Assembly: GCA_963783305.1 (NCBI GenBank)
Contig: CAWAMW010000002.1
Span: forward strand, 448,001 to 512,000
Direction of reading: 5' to 3'
Length of the DNA stretch: 64,000 nucleotides
Source of the DNA: an uncultured Gemmatimonadales bacterium
GTDB lineage: Bacteria > Gemmatimonadota > Gemmatimonadetes > Longimicrobiales > RSA9
The notes under the pieces were generated by a model, which saw only the letters and a program-made list of their open reading frames with translations, was not told the origin of the DNA and searched no databases. The translations under genes were made by a program, and so were the position numbers. This document shows positions 31,954 to 41,647 of this stretch, in pieces; within the stretch, counting starts at the first letter, position 1; every line of letters starts with the position of its first letter.

Positions 31954-32358
31954 TCATACGGCCGCTGCCGCGGTTGCTCCGCTCCCCCGCCCACTGCACC
32001 GAACCGCGTCCTCTGCGGACCGCCCCTCCGCCCGGGCGCCCCGGATCTCCACCAGTAGCGGTGCGACATCGGGGAGCGGACGGCTTGCCAGGAGCCCTCG
32101 CAGCAGCACCAGGATCGCCGACAGGTCGCCGTCCGGGTTCCGCGGCAGCCCGTAGTTCACGATCAGCCCGTCCCGCTCGTCCTCCAGCACGCCCGCATCC
32201 CGCAGGTAGCGCAGGTGCCGCGACGCTTTCGGCTGCGTGATCCCGAGGATCTGCTCCACCTCGCAGACGCACAGCGGCCCGTGGCGGAAGATCAGCCCCA
32301 TGACCCGCAGTCGCGTCTCGTTCGAGAGCGCCTTGAAGATGTCGGCCAGTCCGTCCAT
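31954..32358 (-). CDS. arsR: ArsR-family metalloregulator
   Basis: FKALSNETRLR...LCVCE...QPKASRHLRYL; CVC arsenite-type site. Confidence 0.92.
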   Translation of the reverse strand: MDGLADIFKALSNETRLRVMGLIFRHGPLCVCEVEQILGITQPKASRHLRYLRDAGVLEDERDGLIVNYGLPRNPDGDLSAILVLLRGLLASRPLPDVAPLLVEIRGARAEGRSAEDAVRCSGRGSGATAAAAV

Positions 32359-32366
32359 GTCGCCTC

Positions 32367-32477
32367 CAATCGAAAAGTCGATTGAAAGGTTGCACTCGTT
32401 CCGCCCGGGGTCAGTAGGGGAATCCCTGCTTCTGGATTGGTGCTTCGCCCCACATCGTCCAATCGATCATACGATTC
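32367..32477. promoter_or_regulatory. Putative ArsR operator palindromes
   Basis: CAATCGA-AAAG-TCGATTG (32367-32384) and imperfect CAATCG-ATCATA-CGATTC (32460-32477). Confidence 0.6.
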
Positions 32478-32561
32478 AAGCTCACCAGGAAGGTGCGGGA
32501 GCCGAGTACACGGGCCGTGAACGCATTGTCACCGGTAGAGCTGCTGCGGATCCCGGCAGGA

Positions 32562-32813
32562 GCGGGAGTCGCGGGAGTCGCGGGAGGCGCGGGAGGCGCG
32601 GGAGTCGCGGGAGTCGCGGGAGGCGCGGGAGGCGCGGGAGGCGCGGGAGGCGCCGGAGTCGCCGGAGTCGCGGGAGGCGCGGGAGGCGCGGGAGGCGCGG
32701 GAGTCGCGGGAGGCGCGGGAGGCGCGGGAGGCGCGGGAGGCGCGGGAGGCGCGGGAGGCGCGGGAGTCGCGGGAGTCGCGGGAGTCGCGGGAGGCGCGGG
32801 AGGCTCGGGAGGC
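32562..32813. repeat. 9-bp minisatellite GCGGGAG(G/T)C x 28
   Basis: Seen directly; 252 bp. Confidence 0.97.
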
Positions 32814-32941
32814 GCTGCGGGACGGGATTGAACGGGTGCGGGAGCACGCCGGGTGGATTCTGAAGAACCCGGGCTCGATCGCGAGCACGCGGCGGCACGT
32901 CCTGGACCGTGCGTTCTCCGGCCGGCGGGACGTTCCCTGGG

Positions 32942-33112
32942 GGTGTTCGCAGCCCCGGCCGCGAAGAGCGAGAGCCATGGCTGCAAAGACCATGAGTATT
33001 CTGGCGTTCGCAGCCACGGGAGCGGCCGCGGAGGTCCAGGGCGGCAGACACCAGGATGATCATGGTGTTCGCAGCAAGCGCGCGGACCGCGGCCGTCTGC
33101 GGCTGCGATCAC
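32942..33112. repeat. 61-bp-period palindromic element, copy B
   Basis: Units start at 32979, 33040 and 33101; same architecture as copy A. Confidence 0.9.
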
Positions 33113-33442
33113 TGCGCCCGCGTCCGCCGCCACGCTTCCCTCAGGGCGGTCCTCGAGTCTTCCGCGGCCCTTCCGGGAATTCCGATCGCTACCCCACCAT
33201 TCTCGGCATCGGCGGCCGTGTGACCGAGGTGTACAGCCCCACCGAAGGCCGCCGAAGCCGGCTCGGGGCGGGCATCATGGGCTGGATCGACCGCGCCGCA
33301 GACGGGGGACACAGAACGAATCCGATTACGGCCGCACTTCCGCGACGCAGAAGGATCGTGGTCGGCCTCGGTGCAACCCGCGGGTCCGACAACCTGCGGC
33401 CGCTCACTTCTCCGAGTTGGAGGTGGCGCCGAACCTGACGCA

Positions 33443-33613
33443 GAACGCGGGCTGAAGAGAACGCGGGCTGAAGAGAACGCGGGCTGAAGAGAACGCGGAC
33501 TATGGCAGAACGCGGAGCCGGCAGAACGCGGAGCCGGCAGAACGCGGAGCCGGCAGAACGCGGACTATGGCAGAACGCGGAGCCGGCAGAACGCGGAGCC
33601 GGCAGAGCGCGGA
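33443..33613. repeat. Composite 16/17-bp minisatellite (GAACGCGG core), 10 units plus 1 degenerate
   Basis: Variants GCTGAAGA (A), ACTATGGCA (B) and AGCCGGCA (C) in the order AAABCCCBCC. Confidence 0.95.
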
Positions 33614-33619
33614 CCCGGG

Positions 33620-33994
33620 TCAGCGGCTCGAGTGGAGCGCTACGCGGTTGTCTTCCGTGTCCTCGAGGTGAGCGGTGAAACCGAACTCGCCGATGGCGGT
33701 GCGCCCTTTCAGGACCCGGCCGCCGTGGGACCCGACGCGCCCCAGGGCCGCGTCCAGGTCGTCGACGCTGAAGTAGACGAGCGATCCGGCGTGGGATGGC
33801 TCGTACGCCGGATGCTGGACGAGAGATCCGGTGGCGCCATCGCCGCCCTGCTGCATGGGGAACCAGGCCATCCGCAGCTCACCTAACTCCTGGCGCGCCA
33901 TCTCGATGGCGAGGACCGCCTCGTAGAAGCGTTGCGCGCGCTCGACGTCCCGAGCGGGGATCTCGAACCAGTTGACGGGATTCGCGGTGGCCAT
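33620..33994 (-). CDS. VOC/glyoxalase family protein
   Basis: NPVNWFEIP...RAQRFYE...LVYFSVDD...DTEDNRVALHS. Confidence 0.93.
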   Translation of the reverse strand: MATANPVNWFEIPARDVERAQRFYEAVLAIEMARQELGELRMAWFPMQQGGDGATGSLVQHPAYEPSHAGSLVYFSVDDLDAALGRVGSHGGRVLKGRTAIGEFGFTAHLEDTEDNRVALHSSR

Positions 33995-34129
33995 GGTCCT
34001 CACTCGTCCGGGGGTCTCGAGCGGCTCCGGAATGGTATCGTGGCGTGTGAGGTCGTGTCAAAGCTCCCGGCCCATCGGAGGAAACAGACACGTCTCTGAT
34101 CCGCCCGTCCCGAAATGCGAGGATCTGCG

Positions 34130-34408
34130 TCAGGCTGTCCGTCGCAGCTGTGCGTAAACGCCGAGCCGGTCGGTGATCTGCCAGTGCGTTCGGGCGCCCG
34201 CGTACACGTGGAATCCGTTGCTGGAGAGCACTTCGGTCATCCTGAGGCCGATGCCCGACGTCGAGCCCGTGACGAATACCGCCCGCTCACGGCCCTCAAC
34301 CGGGGACTGCTGGGCTTCGGCGTCGGTGAACGAAGAGGCAAGGAAGATGGCGGCGGCCGCAAAGCCGCGGGCGAGGGTCAGGACCGGGTGTCGTCTGGTG
34401 TTACACAT
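34130..34408 (-). pseudogene. Chimeric remnant: signal-peptide SDR N-terminus fused to a SnoaL/ester-cyclase-like C-terminus
   Basis: ...AEAQQ...AVFVTGSTSGIGLRMTEVLSSNGFHVYAGART | HWQITDRLGVYAQLR*. Confidence 0.7.
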
Positions 34409-34540
34409 GAAAGGCTATCCTGTTGGAGTTGGACCGACACGCCCTGTACGGAACGCGACGACGCAACCTTCGATAGCGGACGGCGAGCGAAGTCCGTCAT
34501 GCGCCACTCCCCTGCCACCGTGGCCGAACGTTGGGTGGGG

Positions 34541-35008
34541 TCAGGCGGCGCGGACAAGGAGCACCAGCCAGAGGCAAACACCGGCGATCGCCAGGTTGAA
34601 GGCGGCGCGCATGACCCAGGGCCGGCGGGAAAGGTCGACCCCCAGAGCCTCGCCAGCGAGTACGGCCAGACTCATGGCGAAGAACCACGGGGTAAAGAGA
34701 ACGAACCGCGACCGGTGCACTACCATCACCGCGATGTCGTGGATCGCCCCGCTGACCAGAAAAGTGAGCACCACCGCCCCTGCCCGGGGCAGGTGTCGTC
34801 GGCCCGGTCGATAGACGTAGCGGCCGAGATAGTAGCCCCAGATCGGGTTCCAGTACCGCCAGAAGCCTGCGAAGCTCGGGGCACCCAGGGAGCGGAGTAG
34901 CATGTTGCGCAGCGAACGGCTCCCGCCCATCGGGACTCCGTTGCGGGCCAGCACGTACTGGCGCAGCGTGAGCCGACGGGAGGTCTCCGTGCGATAGCGA
35001 TCAGTCAT
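34541..35008 (-). CDS. Short MBOAT-like membrane acyltransferase
   Basis: SFAGFWRYWNP...TFLVSGAIHD. Confidence 0.8.
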   Translation of the reverse strand: MTDRYRTETSRRLTLRQYVLARNGVPMGGSRSLRNMLLRSLGAPSFAGFWRYWNPIWGYYLGRYVYRPGRRHLPRAGAVVLTFLVSGAIHDIAVMVVHRSRFVLFTPWFFAMSLAVLAGEALGVDLSRRPWVMRAAFNLAIAGVCLWLVLLVRAA

Positions 35009-35399
35009 GGCTCGAGCGTGACTCCGTGTTCTCAGCGCAGGGGCCGCCCGATCGTGCGTCGGCGGGCGTGGGGTGTCGGAGCCTGGACGAAGGTGAAGCT
35101 CCCGTCAAGGACCGGTCCCGCCGCGCACCGATCGTGAGGCGATGCTTGACACGCCAGAACACGAGGCCGATGGTGGTCGTTCCGCATTCGGCGACGGTTC
35201 GGCTCCGGCGCCACTCCGCTCAACTGGATCGAGTAATGCAGCCTGCCCAGCGCATCGCGCGGCTCACGGGAGAGCTTCGGCGCGTTCCTTTTCCCCGCGC
35301 ACGCGGCATTCCATGCGGCACTTGTTATGGTCGCGGGAGGAGCAGAGTGACTGCGGGGGGCACGTGGGCGCTCCGACCGGCGCCGCCGGGGAGCGAACG

Positions 35400-35951
35400 A
35401 TGACGCCGTTCGAGTACCTGGCGGTCCTCATCTCCATCGTTCTGGGGCTCGGTGTGACCGAGCTGCTCGCCGGCCTGCAGCGACTCGCCCATGCCCGCGA
35501 CCGGGTACGGTTCCACTGGCTCCCCCTCATCTGGAGCGCCCTCGTCTTCGTGACCCTGGTCCAGTGGTGGTGGGCGGCGTTCGGGTTCCGGGACCAGGCT
35601 CGGTGGAACTTCTTCTCCTTCCTCCTGGTCCTGCTCGTTCCCGTCCTCCTGTACATGGCCGCGGCGCTGGTGCTGCCGGCGGAGCAGGCCGAGGGACGCT
35701 ACGATCTCCGGGAGCACTATTTCGGGATCCATCGCCTCTTTTTCGGCGTGACCGGCGCGGCTACGCTGCTCGAGAGCGTCCGGGCGCTTCGAGTGCCCGA
35801 CTGGCAGGCGGCGGCCCTCAACCTCGCCGCCACCCTGCTGCTGGGATCGCTGGCCACCGTGAGGAGCCCGCGCTATCACGCCGCCGGAACCGTTCTGGCC
35901 GCGCTGCTCCTCGGGGCGTTCGTGGTGGCGGAGACGCTGCGGATCGCCTGA
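35400..35951 (+). CDS. Hypothetical integral membrane protein
   Basis: MTPFEYLAVLISIVLGLGV...; paralog of 10618..11220. Confidence 0.88.
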   Translation: MTPFEYLAVLISIVLGLGVTELLAGLQRLAHARDRVRFHWLPLIWSALVFVTLVQWWWAAFGFRDQARWNFFSFLLVLLVPVLLYMAAALVLPAEQAEGRYDLREHYFGIHRLFFGVTGAATLLESVRALRVPDWQAAALNLAATLLLGSLATVRSPRYHAAGTVLAALLLGAFVVAETLRIA

Positions 35952-36109
35952 CTTGAGGCCGAAAGGTGGCCGGAAGCGCTTCGACCGCCGCTTTCCGGGT
36001 ACCGCTGCCCACGGGAGGATGAGGCCCTCCGGCTACGCCGCGAGGGGCCAAGATCCGACCGTCGCTGACCCCGCGCGCTGCGGCGATGACGCGCGCGTTC
36101 AGGCGCCGA

Positions 36110-36285
36110 CGCATGTGGGGCGTGTCTCTTCGCCGGCCGTGCCCGTGGGGGGGGGCGACGTGGACGGTGTCGTCCGCGATGGGCGCGGGCCGAAGCCGAT
36201 CGATCGGAGGATCCGTGATCTGCCCCTCGGCGGGGCGCCCCGGGAGCAGCCCGGCGAGGGCGAGCAGGACGGCCAGGCGAGGCAT
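36110..36285 (-). pseudogene. 5' remnant of a secreted protein
   Basis: MPRLAVLLALAGLLPGRPAEG-Q...DTVHVAPP starts right after the M3 stop and then degenerates. Confidence 0.45.
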
Positions 36286-36287
36286 GG

Positions 36288-38332
36288 CTACTCGCCGCGG
36301 AGCCAGGCCCGCCAGGCGTCGGCGTTGAAGGGGCGGCCGAGGAATCGCTCGACGAGGACCGCGCTCGGGGCCGTCCCCGTGGGCGCGAGGAGCTCGTCGA
36401 GATAGCGGCGGCCGGTGGCGGGGTCGAGGAGGTCGTCGCGGTCGAACGCCGTGAGGAGGTCCTGCGCGATGACATCGGACCAGAGGTAGGTGTAGTAGTT
36501 CGACGAGTAGCCGTAGAGGTGCTGGACCATGCGGCGGGGCGCAGCCACTCCGGGGGCGTGATGGGGAGGTAGGCGGCGACGCGGCGCTCGACCTCGGCGG
36601 TGGGCAGCTCCTCGGGCGGGGCCGTGTGGAGGTCGAACGCGAGGGCTGCGAGCCAGAGGTTCTGGCGGGCGGCGCCGGCGCGGCCGAACGCGCTCGCCTG
36701 GCGGTAGGCCTCGACGAGATCGGCGGGGATCGGCTCCCCCGTCTCGTGGTGGCGGGCGAACCGGGCGAGGACGTCGTAATCCTGCGTCCACGCCTCCAGC
36801 AGCTGCAATGGGGCCTCGACGAAGTCGGCCTCGAAGTCGCCGAAGACGTCGGCGCGGCCGGCGGCGAGCATGTGGATGAGGTGGCCGAACTCGTGGAAGA
36901 GGGTGGAGACCTCGTGTGCCTCGAGCAGCCCGGGGTCGCCCTGGGCGCCGCCGGGGAAGTTGCACAGGAGCGCCCCCTCGGGGACTTCGCCGCCGCCCAG
37001 GCGGAGCGGGAAGGCGGCGAAGTGGCTGAACTTCCCGTCGCGCGGGTGCATGTCGAGGGTGAATCGGCCGACGAGCGCGCCGTTCTCCCACACCTCGTAG
37101 GGCTCGGCGGCACCGGCCCAGGCGGGAGCGTCCGGAGCACGGCGGAACTCGAGCCCGAACATCTCGCTGTAGGCATCGAGCATCCCGTCGCGCACGGCGG
37201 AGTAGGGGAAGTAGGGCCGCATGGCCCGGGCGTCGAAGGCGTGGTCCTCCTGCTGGAGCCGGAAGGTCCAGTGGTACTGATCGAAGTACGGGATCGACGT
37301 GGCCCCGGGCTCGTGGCGCTGGCGGAAGGCGAGGAGGGCGGCGGCATCGCGCGCGGCGGCCGCCTCGGAGGCCTCGGCCACCTCGTCCAGGAAGGCGGCG
37401 AGGCGCTCGGGTGTGCCCGCCATCTTGGAGTCCAGGCTGTAGGCGGCCCACGAGTCGAAGCCGAGCAGCGTCGCCAGCTCGTGGCGGAGCGCCCGGAGGG
37501 AGTCGATCACGGGGATGTTCTGCGGGTTACCCCGGTCCAGGAACGCGCGGGCCGCGCGCTGACGGAGGTCGGCGTTCTCGGCGTAAATGGCGAGGGGGGC
37601 GAAGAGGTTCGGCGTGATGGCGATGACGAGCCGGCCGGCGTCGTCGGTCGGGCCGGACGCGAGCGCCGCGGCGAAGTCCGGTGGGAGGCCGCCGAGGGAG
37701 TCGGGCGAGACGGTGATGGAGCGGATGTCGGAGTGGATGTTCTGCTCGAAGCGGGTGCCGACCTCGGCGATCCGGGCGCGCAGGTCGGCGATGCGAGCGC
37801 GCGCGGGCGCGTCGAGCGCGATGCCGCCGCGGCGGTAGCTTTCGAGGTCCTGGTCGAGGACGTAGCGGAGGGCGGGGGTGAGGCCGTCGGCGTCCACCGC
37901 GGACAGGGGGTCGGCGTCCAGGGCGGCGAGGGCATCGTAGATCGCCCGGTCGACGGCGAGGGCGCTGGACCGCTCGTCCAGGAGGGCGTCGCGGGCGCGG
38001 GCGTAGGCCCGGAAGGCGGAGTCGGGGTGGGCGTTGAGAGCGATCTGGGTGAGCTGCTGTGCCTTCCCGAGCTCGTGCTGGGCGCGCTTGAACGGGAGCA
38101 GGGTGTTCTCGGCCGATCGCGCCCCCCGCACGGCGCGGACGGCATCGAGCAGGCGCTCGGCCTCGGCGACGTGGGCGTCTACGCGGAGGCCGAGGGAGGT
38201 CGTGTCGGTGATGCCGGCCCAGACGGGGCCCGGATCGGCCAGGCCACGGCCGGACTGGGCCGCCGCGGGAACCGAGAGCAGGATGCCGCCGACGAGTGCG
38301 GTCGCGAGGATGATGCGGGGGCGCAGGCGCAT
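36288..38332 (-). CDS. Secreted M3 metallopeptidase (thimet-oligopeptidase-like), apparent 1-bp deletion at ~36526
   Basis: HEFGH zinc motif, DFVEAP, LDMHPRDGK. The C-terminal HLYGYSSNYYTYLWS is in another frame. Confidence 0.9.
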
Positions 38333-38527
38333 GGAGCTTCCGCTGTCTTGGGGGGAACCGGCCCGAGGGAGGGCACCGTGATTGGCGCTTCGCGTACGGC
38401 CGAACGCGCGGTCGCCGAAGGTATTGCGCGTGTCCCGGACGCGCAAACGAGGCTATTGTCGAGCTGGGGCTCTCCCGGGCGAGCAGAAGGCCATGACGAT
38501 CTCCGAAAGGCCCCTTCTCGAGCTCGC

Positions 38528-38608
38528 GCAGGAATGGCGGGGCAGGAAGGGCGGAGCAGGAAGGGCGGAGCGGGAAGGGCGGGCCAGGAAGTGGCGGAGC
38601 GGGAAGGG
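38528..38608. repeat. 14-bp G-rich tandem repeat (GCAGGAAGGGCGGA) x ~6
   Basis: Seen directly; followed by G8 and G6 runs. Confidence 0.85.
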
Positions 38609-38675
38609 TCCGGGGGGGGCCGGGGGGCGGTCCCTGATCCGCGGGCGCCCCTCCCGGCGGTGGGGTCCCCCACGC

Positions 38676-38848
38676 GGTGTTCGCAGCCCGGGACGGCGGC
38701 GGCGAGGCCGGTGGCTGCAGAAACCGTGATCATCCTGGTGATTGCATCCACGAGTGGGGCGGCGGGGGTCCACGGCGGCAGACACCACCGTGGTCATGGT
38801 GTCCGCAGCAATCGCTTGGAATCCGGGTGTTCATGGCTGCGATCACCA
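38676..38848. repeat. 61-bp-period palindromic element, copy C
   Basis: Units start at 38713, 38774 and 38835; ~110 bp downstream of the DUF559 gene stop. Confidence 0.9.
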
Positions 38849-38958
38849 GGGCCGCCCCGATTCTCACAGGCGGTGGTCAGCGCACCGCGCCCGCTGATCA
38901 ACCTGAACACTGTCCCTCCCGGACCCACAGGCGACCACCCTGGCCTGCCGGGTGAGAC

Positions 38959-39873
38959 TCAGTGCTCCGGCGTCCGGGCGCCGAGAGCGAGGCACAGGCG
39001 CGCGAGCACTTTGTCGGGCTCCTTCATGATCTGTCGCGGGGTGAAGCGCAGGACCATTATCCCCCGTGCGGCGAGGGCGGTGCCGCGGCTGCGATCGTTC
39101 TCGAAGGCCGGACGCTGGCGGTGAACCGTGTAGCCGTCGATCTCCACGGCGAGACGATAGTCGGGGAACAGCAGATCGACCTCCATGCCGTGGATTCTGG
39201 CATTGACCCTGGGCCGCGGGACGCCCGCCGTCCGCAGCCCCTTCAGGAGCAGGAGCTCGGGCGGCGAGCGAGTGAGGGCGGGACCGACGATGTCGTCGAG
39301 CAGTGCCCTGAGCTTTCCGCACCCCGGTCGGCCGGGATAGCGATCGATCGTGGCCCGAACCTCCTCGAGGGTGACCAGCTCCTGCCGTTCGGCCCGGGCG
39401 AGAGCGCGCTCGAGGTCGTACGGGCCGAGGCAGGCCGCGAGGTCCAGGATCGTCCGCGGGGCCGCGGAGAGCGGCAGGCCATGCCGTCGATCGACCTCTT
39501 CGGCGGGGAGCGCCCCGACGCGGTGGAGGCGGACCCCGGACCGTGGACCGCGCAGGGTGCGCGGGCCGGACACGTGGACGGGCTCCTCGGGTCGGGGCTC
39601 GGCGATAAATCGCAGGATCCCGGCTGCCGTCGAGTGCGTCAGCACGGCCTCGTCGCCACAGGCGAGCAGCGCGGCGGACTCTGCCTGGTACTTCGCCGTG
39701 ACAGGTCCCGTTCGGTACACGCCGCGGTGCAGGGGGCAGAGAGTTCCCGTCCGGAGCCGGTGCTCGATAGCGCCCCGAGACAGCCCCCGCTGCCGCAGCT
39801 GTTCGCGGGTGACCACCCCGTGCTGACCCGCCGCGATGTCCCGGATCCGGATGTCCGGATGGATGAGGTTCAT
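38959..39873 (-). CDS. AbiEi-like N-terminal domain plus DUF559 (Vsr-like) endonuclease
   Basis: AAGQHGVVTREQL...LHRGVY (AbiEi-type wHTH); TRSPPE...EVDLLFPDYRLAVEIDG...H...FENDRSR...GIMVLRFT (DUF559). Confidence 0.92.
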   Translation of the reverse strand: MNLIHPDIRIRDIAAGQHGVVTREQLRQRGLSRGAIEHRLRTGTLCPLHRGVYRTGPVTAKYQAESAALLACGDEAVLTHSTAAGILRFIAEPRPEEPVHVSGPRTLRGPRSGVRLHRVGALPAEEVDRRHGLPLSAAPRTILDLAACLGPYDLERALARAERQELVTLEEVRATIDRYPGRPGCGKLRALLDDIVGPALTRSPPELLLLKGLRTAGVPRPRVNARIHGMEVDLLFPDYRLAVEIDGYTVHRQRPAFENDRSRGTALAARGIMVLRFTPRQIMKEPDKVLARLCLALGARTPEH

Positions 39874-39944
39874 GCCTCAGGATTACTCGCGTCCCGGGGC
39901 ACGACCATGGCTGGATGGGACAGCGTGTCGAGCGGCCGGTCCGC

Positions 39945-41444
<1,500 letters not shown>

Positions 41445-41541
41445 TCAAATCACGGCCGGCGTTACCGCAGATCTCGACCGACGTCCAGCGCGAGGATCAC
41501 GGAGCGGACGGACGGAATCCGCGGGCGGTGTCAGCTCTTAC

Positions 41542-41597
41542 CTAAAGCCTTAGTTGACACCCGCCTCGGGTCGGCATACGTTCGCCTAAAGGATTAG
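41542..41597 (+). promoter_or_regulatory. Sigma70 promoter bracketed by two CTAA-N4-TTAG palindromes
   Basis: TTGACA (41554)-17-TACGTT (41577); CTAAAGCCTTAG at 41542-41553 and CTAAAGGATTAG at 41586-41597. Confidence 0.7.
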
Positions 41598-41647
41598 TGC
41601 GCAGTGCGGGCGCGCCGTATCGGGAAAGCGGAGGATCGGGAGGGATC

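Noticed and set aside
32237..33133. ORFs through the 9-bp repeat (PAP/RLP/AGG polymers)
   Set aside because: The repeat lacks stops in all frames; there is no RBS or non-repeat domain.
35272..35288. 16-bp inverted match to queG remnant #4 (GGAACGCGCCGAAGCT)
   Set aside because: The flanks do not align, and a match this short is plausible by chance.
26602..38797. Short ORFs over the elements (AAKAMSILVFAAT / [13 protein letters not shown] / AAETVIILVIAST) as a peptide family
   Set aside because: The similarity follows from the DNA palindrome. The 61-bp period breaks frame, and starts and stops are not shared.
26576..38848. 61-bp-period elements as CRISPR arrays
   Set aside because: Only two full, imperfect repeats per locus. 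Linkers are short and partly homologous by position between loci (the second linker starts ACG in all three). No cas genes or leader.
38959..39873. Complete type IV (AbiE) toxin-antitoxin module
   Set aside because: No AbiEii nucleotidyltransferase gene is adjacent.
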